From contig NC_086097.1 of assembly GCF_963921235.1 (NCBI RefSeq), positions 90,088,001 through 90,152,000 on the forward strand: 64,000 nt of DNA. The letters are read 5' to 3'. Of this stretch, positions 62,670-64,000 are shown one piece after another. The stretch's first letter is position 1; every line of letters starts with the position of its first letter. The translations under genes were made by a program, and so were the position numbers. The notes beneath the pieces were generated by a model, which searched no databases, was not told where the DNA came from, and saw only the letters and a list, made by a program, of their open reading frames with translations. Origin of the DNA: Mobula hypostoma (taxonomy: Eukaryota).

Positions 62670-63902
62670 AAAAAGGAAAGGTACGTCGCATCCGGAGTTT
62701 CTCCGGTTAGCGGACAATTTCCCTCCACGCCACTCTGACGTAGTGGGGAACCACATACGAGGCAAGTTACAGCAGTGGTTTGCCATTGCCGTCTGCCGAG
62801 TGAGTTTCCAAAGAGATCACCAGCTCGTAACCCAGCACGGATGGAAAGCGTGTGGGGAGCCGGCTGGATTCGAACTCGGGACCTTTCATCCCGAAGTCCG
62901 ACGCTGATGTCACTATGCCACCTTCTTCTTCATGTGTCTTGTGCATTACACGCTTGGGTGATCATGGCTTTCCACATCAAACGATCCCATGCAGCGTCAA
63001 TGATATCTCGCACACTTAGACCTGTTAGTTCTTTCACAGTGTCCATATATTTTCTTCTTTGCTTTCCTCTTACGCGTTTCCCAGGCATACGACCTTGTAA
63101 TGTAAGGCATTCTATTTCTCCCTTTCTGATGACATGGCCCAGGAATTCATGTTTCCTCTCATTTAATCTTCTCATTAAAGATCTTTTTGTATGGGCACAT
63201 TGGAGTACTGTCTCATTAGTTACCCTATCTCTATATGATATTTTCAGCATTCTTCTAAGAAACTACATGTCTGTTGCTTCTAAGTTTCTTTGGAGTTCTG
63301 GTGTTATTGTCCATGTTTCAGAAGTATACAGCAAGATTGATCAGATATAACATTTTAGTAGCCTAAGCCTTGTTGTCATAGAAATGTGTCTGTTGGTAAA
63401 AATGGGTTTCATTTTTTGGAAGTTGGTTTTGGCAATGGCAGTTCTTCCTTTCATTTCTACTTTACTTCTTGCATTGTGTGATATAAAGCTCCCAAGGTAA
63501 TTAAAGCTGGTCTTTTTTTCAGTCTCTTGGTTACTGATGTACAATTGGCGGTTGGGAGTATCCCGCTATTTTGATATTACCATACATACATTTGGTTTTT
63601 TTATAGTTGACAATTAAACCAAAATCTGCACTTGTTTGTATTACTTTGTCTTGGAGAATTTGTAGGTCTTCTGCAGCACTTGCTATTAGGGTTGTATCAT
63701 CTACATATCTTATATTGCTGATGTTAACACCTCCAATTTTTATCCCATCTAGGTTTTCTATTTCTCTGAGAATCATTTCACTATAGGTATTAAACAATTC
63801 CGGTGAGGCAACGCATCCTTGTCTAACTCCTCTTTGAATTTTAGTCCAACTGCTTATATTATCATCAATTTTTTTGATGTAACTATGCCACCTGCCAGGA
63901 CT
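62670..63902 (-). mobile_element. tRNA-headed SINE interrupted by RTE-X
   Basis: A box TGGCATAGTG, B box GAGTTCGAATCC; TSD TATATACACATA 62658-62669 / 63903-63914. Confidence 0.88.
62924..63874 (-). mobile_element. RTE-X-like LINE, 5'-truncated
   Basis: RGVRQGCVASP, NIRYVDD, FNYLGS, GKRVRGKQRRKY; (GAA)n tail; 19-bp TSD with one mismatch. Confidence 0.9.
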
Positions 63903-64000
63903 TATATACACATATTTATGGTAATTCACAGTTTTGTTCTCTATTATCATGTATTGCATTGTACTGCTGCCGCAAAGTTAACAAATTTCACCACACATGC

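Larger units (their letters stand above)
59820..64000 (+). mobile_element. Old Rex1-like LINE split by CR1 and SINE/RTE inserts
   Basis: FYRYAVESILTGHITIWYG (59947..60246) resumes near 62520 as RFKSSFFPAAI; 3' UTR at 62580-62669 and 63903-64000. Confidence 0.8.

Overview
Repeat-saturated vertebrate genomic DNA, intergenic or deep intronic. The repeat mix (CR1, Rex1/Babar-like, RTE, Penelope-like elements, V-SINEs) suggests a cartilaginous fish, probably a ray; this is an inference. I found no host protein-coding exon I can support: every recognisable ORF is a decayed transposable-element protein. Main structures: (1) about a dozen Penelope-like element (PLE) ends carrying a minimal type I hammerhead-ribozyme motif, best preserved at 10515-10552 next to a GIY-YIG ORF; (2) a 16-kb nest at 32331-48271 (Buster-type hAT > Tigger > Rex1 > Charlie3-like hAT > CR1, and hAT > Gypsy > near-full-length RTE > solo LTR/Rex1), mostly resolved by target-site duplications (TSDs); (3) a full-length ZMYM1-like hAT with perfect 8-bp TSD; (4) a local duplication whose two copies supply each other's empty sites; (5) unusual MITE architectures; (6) a few repeat-free islands that may be conserved non-coding elements. 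Family names come from motif recognition by eye, not database searches. Boundaries without a stated TSD are approximate.
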